A stretch of 64,000 nucleotides of DNA, from the NCBI GenBank assembly GCA_963823665.1, contig CAWGMQ010000005.1, positions 1,472,001 through 1,536,000 on the forward strand. The letters run 5' to 3'. The translations under genes were made by a program, and so were the position numbers. This document shows positions 44,826-52,765 of the stretch, in pieces; the first letter of the stretch is position 1; every line of letters begins with the position of its first letter. Source of the DNA: an uncultured Planctomycetota bacterium (lineage in GTDB: Bacteria > Planctomycetota > Planctomycetia > Isosphaerales > Isosphaeraceae). A model generated the notes under the pieces. It was not told the DNA's origin. It was given only the letters and a program-made list of their open reading frames with translations, and made no database searches.

Positions 44826-44903
44826 CCCAGTTTCCGTCCCAGTTTCCGTCCCGTCCCAGTTTCCCTCCCGTCCCAGTTTCCGTCCCGTCCCAGTTTCCCT
44901 CCC
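44826..44903. repeat. Five copies of CCCAGTTTCC (spacing 12,17,17,17)
   Basis: Cores at 44826, 44838, 44855, 44872 and 44889. Confidence 0.9.
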
Positions 44904-45047
44904 CATGCGAATGGCAGTGTTGGCTCTCATACCGTCAGATTCTAACGGGTTACTAGATAGTTACTTATGGTGAGTTCATCCATTACCTACCGCTCGCGAT
45001 TCCCGTATAAACTGAAGGCCGTATGGCTGTACGATAGCTATTTTTTA

Positions 45048-45075
45048 TTGATTTTCTAGCCGACTCTTCTATAAT
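45048..45075 (+). promoter_or_regulatory. sigma70-type promoter of the RHH-GNAT-XRE operon
   Basis: TTGATT (45048-45053), 16-nt spacer, TATAAT (45070-45075); AT-rich upstream tract; GGGGAG RBS before GTG/ATG at 45093/45096; CTATAATAG palindrome over the -10. Confidence 0.7.
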
Positions 45076-45092
45076 AGCGTCAAGGGGGAGCA

Positions 45093-45305
45093 GTGATGGC
45101 CGCAAAGCGTACAATGACGCTGAATCTGACAGATGGGGAAATGGCTGCACTCGAAGAGCTTTGTGAGAAGAAGGACCTCTCGAAAACTGCCGTGCTCAGG
45201 CAAGCGCTTAGGCTCTACCAGTTGGTTGATGCGCGCATGGAGCGAGGCGAGAAGCTCTTTTTTGAGGATGATGCCAAGGCAAAAGCAGAGGTCATGGTCC
45301 TGTGA
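45093..45305 (+). CDS. Ribbon-helix-helix (CopG-like) protein, putative antitoxin/autorepressor
   Basis: KRTMTLNLT beta-strand, LEELCEKKDLSKTAVLRQALRLY helices. Confidence 0.85.
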   Translation: MMAAKRTMTLNLTDGEMAALEELCEKKDLSKTAVLRQALRLYQLVDARMERGEKLFFEDDAKAKAEVMVL

Positions 45306-45931
45306 GTGGTGTCGTTATCCAGATTGAGCGGCGACCAACGGGAGAAGTTGACGCAACGCTTTTCGACAACATGGCAGCGGCGGATCTGCTTGTGGTTGAA
45401 AACGAATGGTCGGCCGAGCGGTCTCGGATTATGCAGGAGCTCTTGCAGTTCGCAGTACCTCGGTCGCAGTGGCCGCAGAGCTTGCACTGGGATTGGCGTC
45501 GAAAAGCGCCTGAGCTTAGGCTCCTTGAGTGTTCAGGCTTCGGCATCGCATGCGAGGAAAGCTGGCAAGGGGTCATGCTGACTAAGACAGCCTCGTATAC
45601 AGCGCGGCTGGCGCCGGATCGAGGCAAGCCGCTGGTGTATATCGATTTTCTTGAGGTCGCTCCATGGAACTGGGCGATCCCGGAGCTCGGCCGCATGGGT
45701 CGGTTCCGATCAGTTGGTTCCGTGCTGTTCTGGAGAGCAGTAAAGCAAAGCAAAGAGGAGGGATTTAGAGGACGCGTGGGGCTCCACGCTTTGCCACAAG
45801 CCGAGCAGTTCTATGTGAGAGCATGTGGGATGACGCCATTAGGGCATGATCCCAGCAAAGAGAATCTTTCTTATTTTGAACTGACGAGCGCGCAGGCAAG
45901 CGAGCTCCTTCAACGGGAACAAGAACAATGA
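45302..45931 (+). CDS. GNAT-fold acetyltransferase, putative toxin
   Basis: LVYIDFLEVAPWN, FRSVGSVLF (motif A-like), VGLHALPQAEQFY..CGMT (motif B); GTGA overlap with the RHH gene. Confidence 0.8.
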   Translation: MSGVVIQIERRPTGEVDATLFDNMAAADLLVVENEWSAERSRIMQELLQFAVPRSQWPQSLHWDWRRKAPELRLLECSGFGIACEESWQGVMLTKTASYTARLAPDRGKPLVYIDFLEVAPWNWAIPELGRMGRFRSVGSVLFWRAVKQSKEEGFRGRVGLHALPQAEQFYVRACGMTPLGHDPSKENLSYFELTSAQASELLQREQEQ

Positions 45932-46419
45932 CACACATGAAGAAAGAGCCAGGTCCACCGCGTGAATGGCTGAAGAGAGCAGGGGAAATCGAAGACCACT
46001 GTCGTTCTCTTTCCGTTGCTGGACTCGCATCTGATCTGGGGATGCTTCGAGCAGTAACCTCAGATGTTCAGCCGGTCTTCGGACGGTTAATTGAGTACGC
46101 AAGGCGAAGGCGAGGTTTATCCGTCGAGGAGCTGGCTGAGCAGGCAGACGTTGACCTTGCGGCAGTTGTTGAGATTGAGAGAAATGGCAGAGTGCTGCCG
46201 GAGACTAGAACTGTCTTCCAACTTGCGCAGGTGCTCGATTTGCCAGCCAGTAGGCTGATGGAAGTCGCAGGCCTTGCGTCACCGAAGCCAGAGATTAGTC
46301 ATGCCGCGCTTAGATTCGCGGCGCGTTCAGAACCGACTGCTCAGCTATCCCATGACGAGAGCAGAGCGTTGGAAGAGTTCGTGAAGGTGTTGGTTGAGAC
46401 CTCTGACGGAGCTTCATGA
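45928..46419 (+). CDS. XRE-family HTH protein with N- and C-terminal extensions
   Basis: FGRLIEYARRRRGLSVEELAEQADVDLAAVVEIERN..TVFQLAQVLDL; ATGA overlap with the GNAT gene. Confidence 0.85.
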   Translation: MTHMKKEPGPPREWLKRAGEIEDHCRSLSVAGLASDLGMLRAVTSDVQPVFGRLIEYARRRRGLSVEELAEQADVDLAAVVEIERNGRVLPETRTVFQLAQVLDLPASRLMEVAGLASPKPEISHAALRFAARSEPTAQLSHDESRALEEFVKVLVETSDGAS

Positions 46420-46548
46420 GTTGCAAAACCACTTTTTTGCGCAACTGCCTTCGTGGAGCGAAGGCCGACGATGTTTTCGGCGGGCGCTTTAACTGGCTTG
46501 CTGGCGGCTGCGCGAGCTGGGGCGCTGGGCGGCTCGAAGCGTGCGCGA

Positions 46549-46789
46549 CTTGATGAGCTCATCGCCCTGTATCGACGGGGATTGGTGCAGAAGGCACACG
46601 CGTGGAAGCAAGCGTTGCGCGAGGCCTTCGTGCATCGGTGGACGATGCCGGGGCGGATGCTGATCATGCCGCGTGATCTTGCGGACGATCCCCATGCGCT
46701 GGTGGTGCGGGCGTTCTGGGTGCTCGTGGGCTGGCACCCACCAGATGACGTGTGCCGAAAAAGCTATTTTCGGGTCCTGGCACCTTTTC
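46549..46789 (+). repeat. Copy 1 of a ~240-bp diverged direct repeat (gene 3' fragment plus CCTGGCACCTTTTC motif)
   Basis: Aligns along its length with 57273-57514; encodes ELIALYRRGLVQKAHAWK..RWTMPGRMLIMPRDLADDP. Confidence 0.85.
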
Positions 46790-47090
46790 CCTTTCGGCGA
46801 GAGCTGGGTGCCACGGAGTATTTGGAAAGTGCTAACATATGGTTTGGCGAGCCATGGAAAGTGCTGGAATCTGTTGCCAAGGTACGGGCCGACAGAGGAT
46901 GAGCTCGATTTGCGTGAGGCGCTTGCGGTGTCAGGCTCGGATCGATTCGCATACTCAGCTTTTTTCTTCGATTCGCAGCATTTTGCTTGCGTTTGGAGCT
47001 TTTTGGCCTTCAACTGGGTTGAGTTTCACGTCTGCCCGAATCTGGTTTTGCGTCCCCGCCGCTCGAAGATGCACGAGGGGAAGGTATCCG

Positions 47091-49109
47091 ATGGCCCGCC
47101 CGAAGAAACCGAGCAGTCCCAGGAAAGCACGGCCGCCGAAGCCGAACCTGGCGGATACGCCAGCTTCGCCGAAAGCCGCCGACGGACCCAACAAGAAGAA
47201 ACGTCCGCTTACACAGAAGAATGTCAGCATTCAGCATGCTGAGCGAATCAATCTCTACGCGGCAGCGCCTTACCTATTGTCCCGCACAGAAGAGGCGGTT
47301 GGCCTCAAGTTGGGGGTCGTCACTTATCTGAAAGACCCATCCGTCGCCAAAACTTATCGCAGTTTCGCTCTGGACGAAAACTATCTCGTTGATTGGGAAC
47401 CCGGTCTATCCGATGGTCCGACCAGTGCCCGCTTCGCGGTCGTCGATTTCAGCGCCGATACCGGCCAGCTTGCGCCGCCGGTCGAATGGGACATTGAACG
47501 TCAGGTGTATGGGTTTGAAGGCAAAGACCTTGATAAGGACACGGTCAAGACATTTCAGTTCCATCAGCTCATGGTTTGGGCGCTAGTGCAGCACGCACTC
47601 CAGTATTTCGAGGACGGCAACGGGCTGGGGCGCCGAATACCATGGGCGTTTGAAGGCAATCGTCTCATCGTCGTCCCGCACGCCGGGTATGGAGAAAATG
47701 CCTTTTACGATCGGGAGAGCAAGTCGCTCCAGTTTTATTATTTCGGATCCGGCGAGGACACCGTCTACACGTGCCTTTCGACCGACATCGTCTACCACGA
47801 ATTCGCGCATGCCGTGCTGGACGGAGTGCGGCCTTACTTTAACGCCAGCATTGTCGTGCAGACGGCTGCATTTCACGAGTTCATTGGCGACCTCACCGCG
47901 ATTCTGCTGGTTTTGCGCAACAAAAAGTTTCGCGATGCGCTCGCCGACCAAACTCACGGAAAAATGAAAGACGCGGAAGTGCTGGCGTCGCTGGCGAGGC
48001 AGTTCGGCGAGGCCGTCACCGGCAAGCCGTACCTGCGGAGCGCGTTGAACAAATACAAGATGTCAAAGATGGTGGGGGAAACCAGTGCTCATCTGGTTCC
48101 GCAGGTGCTGGTGGGCGCGATGTTCGACGTGCTCATGAAACTCGTGGAATTCTATCAGAAGGAACCGCCGGAACAACCTGCGAGCGGTGCTCGCACGTTG
48201 CAAAAGCAAAAGCGCAAGGCAACCCCCAAGGAGGCATTCTGGAGAGCCGTCGAGCGGACGCAGAGAATGGCCATCCAGCCGCTTGACTTGCTTCCCCCGG
48301 TGGACGTCACGTTCAAGGACTACGCACGCGCCGTGTGCCGAGCCGAGCAGCTCTCGAATCCGACCGATCCCGAAGGGCATCTCAAGATGCTGATCGAGGT
48401 ATTTCGCACGCGCCAGATATTCGACGCAAAAGATGTTCAGGAGCTTGAAGCTCCACAGTATCTTTACAGCCGCTTGAGACTGAAAGTGTATCTCGACATC
48501 GATGAAGTCTCGCGGTCTCGTGCGTCGGCGTATCGGTTCCTGGACAACAACCGCGAGGAGCTGTTGATCCCGGCGTTCCAGGATTTTTTCGTCGCCGATC
48601 TTTACGATGCGAACAAGCGGACGCGCGAGGGGGCACGGCTGCCTCGCCAGGTGGTGCTCGAGTACCTTTGGCGCGAGGACGTGCCGCTCGTTGGGCCTGA
48701 ATTTGGGGCGTACAACGGGCGATCGACCACGATGCTCTGCGGCGGCACGCTGGTCGTCGACGACAGTGGCAATGTGCTCGCGTGGGCCCGGAAGCCCGGC
48801 ACGCAGGATTTCGGCAAGCAGGCTGAGCACTCCGGCGAAATCGAGCAGAGGTGGAAGGAAGCTGTCAAGGAAGGGACCAATCGCAAACGCGAGTTTCTGG
48901 CCACTCTCAAAACACAGATCGCTGCCGGCCGTGTTGGGGTGGCCATCGGCGGCGAGAAGGGGTTTCTCGGAACGCGAATGCCGCCGCTCGAGGCGGACGA
49001 AAATGACGGTGTTGTGCAATTCCGATTGTCGCCCCACTTGAATCTAAACGGCGACACCGATCTACACGACGAAGCATCTGGAGGCCGGCGATGGGAAACA
49101 AGCTCTTGA
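47091..49109 (+). CDS. Cytoplasmic gluzincin metallopeptidase (thermolysin M4 / fungalysin M36-like)
   Basis: ENAFYD, DIVYHEFAHAVLD (HExxH), AAFHEFIGDL (third-ligand Glu), SAHLVPQVLVGA; no signal peptide; K/P-rich N-tail; probable start MARPKK at 47091. Confidence 0.82.
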   Translation: MARPKKPSSPRKARPPKPNLADTPASPKAADGPNKKKRPLTQKNVSIQHAERINLYAAAPYLLSRTEEAVGLKLGVVTYLKDPSVAKTYRSFALDENYLVDWEPGLSDGPTSARFAVVDFSADTGQLAPPVEWDIERQVYGFEGKDLDKDTVKTFQFHQLMVWALVQHALQYFEDGNGLGRRIPWAFEGNRLIVVPHAGYGENAFYDRESKSLQFYYFGSGEDTVYTCLSTDIVYHEFAHAVLDGVRPYFNASIVVQTAAFHEFIGDLTAILLVLRNKKFRDALADQTHGKMKDAEVLASLARQFGEAVTGKPYLRSALNKYKMSKMVGETSAHLVPQVLVGAMFDVLMKLVEFYQKEPPEQPASGARTLQKQKRKATPKEAFWRAVERTQRMAIQPLDLLPPVDVTFKDYARAVCRAEQLSNPTDPEGHLKMLIEVFRTRQIFDAKDVQELEAPQYLYSRLRLKVYLDIDEVSRSRASAYRFLDNNREELLIPAFQDFFVADLYDANKRTREGARLPRQVVLEYLWREDVPLVGPEFGAYNGRSTTMLCGGTLVVDDSGNVLAWARKPGTQDFGKQAEHSGEIEQRWKEAVKEGTNRKREFLATLKTQIAAGRVGVAIGGEKGFLGTRMPPLEADENDGVVQFRLSPHLNLNGDTDLHDEASGGRRWETSS

Positions 49110-50512
49110 TACGTGCCTACAACGTCGGTTGCGGCGATTGCTTTTATGTTCGCATTCCGAATAAAGGTGACGGCTTTCATATCCTGATCGACTGCGGCAA
49201 GAAAGGGGGCGCGGAGCCTTTGCTCAAGCAGGCGATCGATCACCTGCGGGACACGATGTTGCCCAAAGGAAAAGCCCCGGGAATGAAGCGGCTGGACCTG
49301 ATCGTGGCGACGCATCGTCACGAAGACCACATCAAAGGATTTGATCCGGGCTGGTTCAAGAAGATCGAAGTGAAGAATGTCTGGCTCAGTGCCGTGATGA
49401 ACCCCGATCATCCCCAGGCAGAAAGGGTGCGGAAGCTGCACGACTACGCCCGCACCCAGATGCGAGGGCTCATGGAGAGCGGACTGGCGCTGAGCCCCGA
49501 GGCCGAAATGCTGGCGTCGCTCTACAGTGTCAGCAACGACGTGGCTGACGATTTCCTGATGAAGACACTCAAGGACAAGTTTGGAACCGAACCCAAGTAT
49601 GTGCACGCGGGAATGACGCACAAAGACCTGGGCATGAAGCTCGATGGCGCGCTCATTCGCGTGCTGGCGCCCGAGGAAGACATCGACGGCTATTACCTGG
49701 GCAAGGTCGACGCGAGCTTGAAGGGGCTTCAAGAGGGTGCTGGAGTTTTCATGGATCACTCGCTGCCGGTGGCCGACTCTGTACCCGTGAACATCAGTGC
49801 CGCCGATTTTCGGCTGTTGCAGTCACGACTGCTCTCGAACGCGCTTGGGTTTGCCGAGAAGGACACAACCATCCAGAACAACATGAGTGTGGTGCTTTTG
49901 ATCGAATGGCAAAAGCGGCGACTGCTCTTCGTGGGCGATGCGGAGTGGGCTGGACCGTACAAGAAGGGGAAGCAGAACGGAAGCTGGAACGTGATGTGGG
50001 AGAATCGCAAAGAGCACCTGAACAAGCCGGTGGATTTTCTCAAGATCGGCCATCATGGCAGCTTCAACGCGACGCCGTGGGCGCCCGAAGTCGTGGTCGA
50101 GACGTCCGCAGCGGGCAAGAAGAAGCAGAAACCCGGGGCCGCTCGAGCGGCGGGAAGACCGGCGATCTGCGAGATTCTCGATGCACTGTTGCCGGTTCCC
50201 GCCAAGGGAAAGCCGGCGACCGCCTTGGCGATTGTGTCGACAGAACGCGAGTTTTACCCCACAATTCCTGATGGCGAGCTCCTGGTCGAGCTTGGCAAAC
50301 GAGTGAGCGGGACCAGAGACTACAGCGAACTTCTGCACGGTGTGAAGAAGAATCCGGAGAGCCTCTGGGTCACGACGAAAGCGAAGAAGCACCGGTTCTT
50401 CGAAAGCTACGAGAGGGATTTTCTGGACAAGCATCAACCGCCGCGCACGGACCTGGAATTCGCAGTCACCGGGCAGCCGTTTATCGAGGTTGAGATCGGG
50501 CCTAAGAGGTAA
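49091..50512 (+). CDS. Stand-alone ComEC/Rec2-type metallo-beta-lactamase-fold hydrolase (putative nuclease)
   Basis: NVGCGDC, LIDCG, THRHEDH (HxHxDH), NNMSVV, LFVGDAE, KIGHHGS; no TM or signal peptide; 19-nt overlap with the peptidase gene. Confidence 0.85.
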   Translation: MGNKLLIRAYNVGCGDCFYVRIPNKGDGFHILIDCGKKGGAEPLLKQAIDHLRDTMLPKGKAPGMKRLDLIVATHRHEDHIKGFDPGWFKKIEVKNVWLSAVMNPDHPQAERVRKLHDYARTQMRGLMESGLALSPEAEMLASLYSVSNDVADDFLMKTLKDKFGTEPKYVHAGMTHKDLGMKLDGALIRVLAPEEDIDGYYLGKVDASLKGLQEGAGVFMDHSLPVADSVPVNISAADFRLLQSRLLSNALGFAEKDTTIQNNMSVVLLIEWQKRRLLFVGDAEWAGPYKKGKQNGSWNVMWENRKEHLNKPVDFLKIGHHGSFNATPWAPEVVVETSAAGKKKQKPGAARAAGRPAICEILDALLPVPAKGKPATALAIVSTEREFYPTIPDGELLVELGKRVSGTRDYSELLHGVKKNPESLWVTTKAKKHRFFESYERDFLDKHQPPRTDLEFAVTGQPFIEVEIGPKR

Positions 50513-50693
50513 GACGCGGGACATGAGCACACCGGATGTGCCACGGCCGAAATGCGACCATTGAGTCCACAAGGACTCATGAACAGCGCAACCGACTCGG
50601 CGAAAGTTGGCGAAGGTTGACGCGATGCGCCCGTCCAGCCTAGAGTGGTGGGGTGTGATAATGCAGGAATCGTCCATCTTCGAGGGTAGCGCC

Positions 50694-51728
50694 ATGACCG
50701 CGCCAAACGAGATGAACCGCCGGGCATTCATCAAGACCACCGCCGCCGCCACTGCCACGGCGGCTGTCGCGCCGTCGGCGCGGGCCCAGGACGCGCCGGC
50801 CGACGGCCTGATCCACCGCAACGAGCGGAGCGGCATGCCCTACCGCAAGCTCGGCCGGACGAACTTCATGTGCAGCCACCTCGTTTTCGGCGGCGGGGCG
50901 GCGCTCATGGGCGGGAAGGCCGTTCGGTTGCTCAACGCGGCGTTCGACGTGGGCGTGAACTTCTACGATCTGGGCTCCAACGCCTATTACAAGGGTAGCG
51001 AGCGCGCCTTTGCCCCCTTCCTCGCGGAGCACCGCGGCAAGATCTGGGTCACGTCCAAAGCGCCGTTGCGTCCCATTGACGGCTACGAACCGGGCAAGGC
51101 GTTGACCGCCCAACAAGGCAAGTTTCTGGCCGATCACTGGACGGGGCTGCTCAATGCGAGCCTCACCGATCTGGGTACCGACTATGTGGACGCGTACTAC
51201 CTCATGGGCGTCGGCGAGCCGGAGGTCGTGCAATGCGAGCAACTGCATGAGGCCTTCCTCAAGGCGAAACAGGCCGGGAAGGTGGGGCATTGGGGCGTGA
51301 GTACCCACAAGCGGGCGCAGCAAGTGCTCGAGGCCATGGTTGGAACGGGCTGGTACGACCTCGCCATGATCGCCATCACCCCCGCCGGGTGGTACGACTG
51401 GGATTCGAAGAGTCTCCTCAAGGGCACGCAAACGATGGTCGAGCTTCAACCCACACTGAAGCGCGCCCGGGACTCAGGCATCGGTCTCGTCGGTATGAAG
51501 GCGGCCCGCTACTTATCGTCCCGCGGTGGTAAGGAGTTGGCGAACGCCTTCGACGGGCACTACAACGACAAGCTCATGCAATCGGGGCTTTCGCCCTGGC
51601 AACGGTCCTACGCGTTTGTGATCGCCCACGGCGTCGACGTGGTCAATTCAGACATGCAGAACTTCGCCCATTTCAAAGAGAACCTCACAGCCGTTCAGCG
51701 CTCGGCGGAGCTCTTCGTCAGGGCTTGA
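50694..51728 (+). CDS. Tat-exported aldo/keto reductase
   Basis: NRRAFIK signal; MPYRKLGRT, GVNFYD..YY..SE, SLTDLGTDYVD, GKVGHWGVSTH, GLVGMK. Confidence 0.85.
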   Translation: MTAPNEMNRRAFIKTTAAATATAAVAPSARAQDAPADGLIHRNERSGMPYRKLGRTNFMCSHLVFGGGAALMGGKAVRLLNAAFDVGVNFYDLGSNAYYKGSERAFAPFLAEHRGKIWVTSKAPLRPIDGYEPGKALTAQQGKFLADHWTGLLNASLTDLGTDYVDAYYLMGVGEPEVVQCEQLHEAFLKAKQAGKVGHWGVSTHKRAQQVLEAMVGTGWYDLAMIAITPAGWYDWDSKSLLKGTQTMVELQPTLKRARDSGIGLVGMKAARYLSSRGGKELANAFDGHYNDKLMQSGLSPWQRSYAFVIAHGVDVVNSDMQNFAHFKENLTAVQRSAELFVRA

Positions 51729-52695
51729 TCGACGCCGACCGTTTCGGGATCCTCAGTCCTTTGAGCAGGAACGTCATGGCCTTGACGGCCGCGTCGCGGC
51801 CCTTGACCGCCGTGACGCCGGCGATGACGTCGCCGACCTGGCAGGCGCCGTCGAAGTCGCCGCCGCCCACCTCGGCGAACATGACCGACGCCCCTTCGAT
51901 TTTGGCCGGTTCGGCCATGTCGCCAAATTCTTCGAGGTGGGCCTTGTACTTGGCCAGGACTTCTGCGGCGTTATCAGCCGATTTGCAGCGCGCGACGAAG
52001 CCGGTGAACCTGGCCTCGCCGTCGCGGTACTGGGCCATGAACGCGTTGGTCAGGAAGTCGAGCCCCAGGGCATCGACCATGAGGTATTGGACCGTATCGT
52101 CGATCCGATTCTTCGCCGGGAGCATCGCGAGACCCCATAGCTCCGCCGCTTCGCCTTTCAGACGAATAGCCAGTGTATCGGCCAAGGCCGTTACCGCTTT
52201 CTGGACCTCCTCGTCGGGTCCCGATGTCAGGATCGACGCATAGTATTGGCCCTTCCGGAAGAATAAATCCGCCTTGGTGCGGTGGCCGCCGTCGCCGGTT
52301 GCGATGGCCTTGCTGCCAGACGAGCGCTCGACCGAATAGACGCCGAAGGCGCCGAGGGGGGTGGTCATGTCGTAGAGGAAGACGTCGATGAATTTGGCTG
52401 GGTTGTCCGCTTTGGAGAAGGTGACGAAGGTCATGCCCGTCACGTCGTAGGATTGAAACAGTTCGGACCGGCCGTTGATCTTCTCGTACAAGTTGGCTTC
52501 GGTGTAGCGTTCAACCAGGCTCTTTTTCGTGAAGCCTCCGGGCGTGAGACCCTCGAGTGCCCGGGCGATGGTTTCCGTCTTCGCCTTCATTTCGGGCGTG
52601 ATCCGGGGGGCGGCGTCTTTGACGGAGCCGACGGAGTCTTGGGCGGCGACGAAGACGGGGAATACAAACGGGATCGCGGCCAGCAATCCTCCCAT
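51718..52695 (-). CDS. Secreted DUF6599-like protein
   Basis: Signal peptide; NLYEKINGRSELF..IDVFLYDM.TPLGAFGVYSVER..LFFRKGQYY. Confidence 0.65.
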   Translation of the reverse strand: MGGLLAAIPFVFPVFVAAQDSVGSVKDAAPRITPEMKAKTETIARALEGLTPGGFTKKSLVERYTEANLYEKINGRSELFQSYDVTGMTFVTFSKADNPAKFIDVFLYDMTTPLGAFGVYSVERSSGSKAIATGDGGHRTKADLFFRKGQYYASILTSGPDEEVQKAVTALADTLAIRLKGEAAELWGLAMLPAKNRIDDTVQYLMVDALGLDFLTNAFMAQYRDGEARFTGFVARCKSADNAAEVLAKYKAHLEEFGDMAEPAKIEGASVMFAEVGGGDFDGACQVGDVIAGVTAVKGRDAAVKAMTFLLKGLRIPKRSASIKP

Positions 52696-52765
52696 GGGAT
52701 ACTCCTTTTTCGGGGCTGTTTTTACGGTATGGGATCGACGCCGCGAAAAGCAAGACCTTCGGAGT

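Noticed and set aside
43674..44903. 27-bp duplication and CCCAGTTTCC array as CRISPR repeats or integron attC sites
   Set aside because: No spacers, no GTTRRRY/RYYYAAC-bounded cassettes and no integrase.
46839..47090. 84-codon N-terminal extension of the peptidase ORF given by the ORF track
   Set aside because: Extension is non-protein-like and overlaps intergenic debris; ATG 47091 has a purine-rich RBS-like stretch (GAGGGGAAGG).
49091..50512. Antibiotic-resistance metallo-beta-lactamase or competence gene comEC
   Set aside because: Motifs are ComEC/Rec2-type rather than class B lactamase, there is no signal peptide, and the membrane competence domain is absent.
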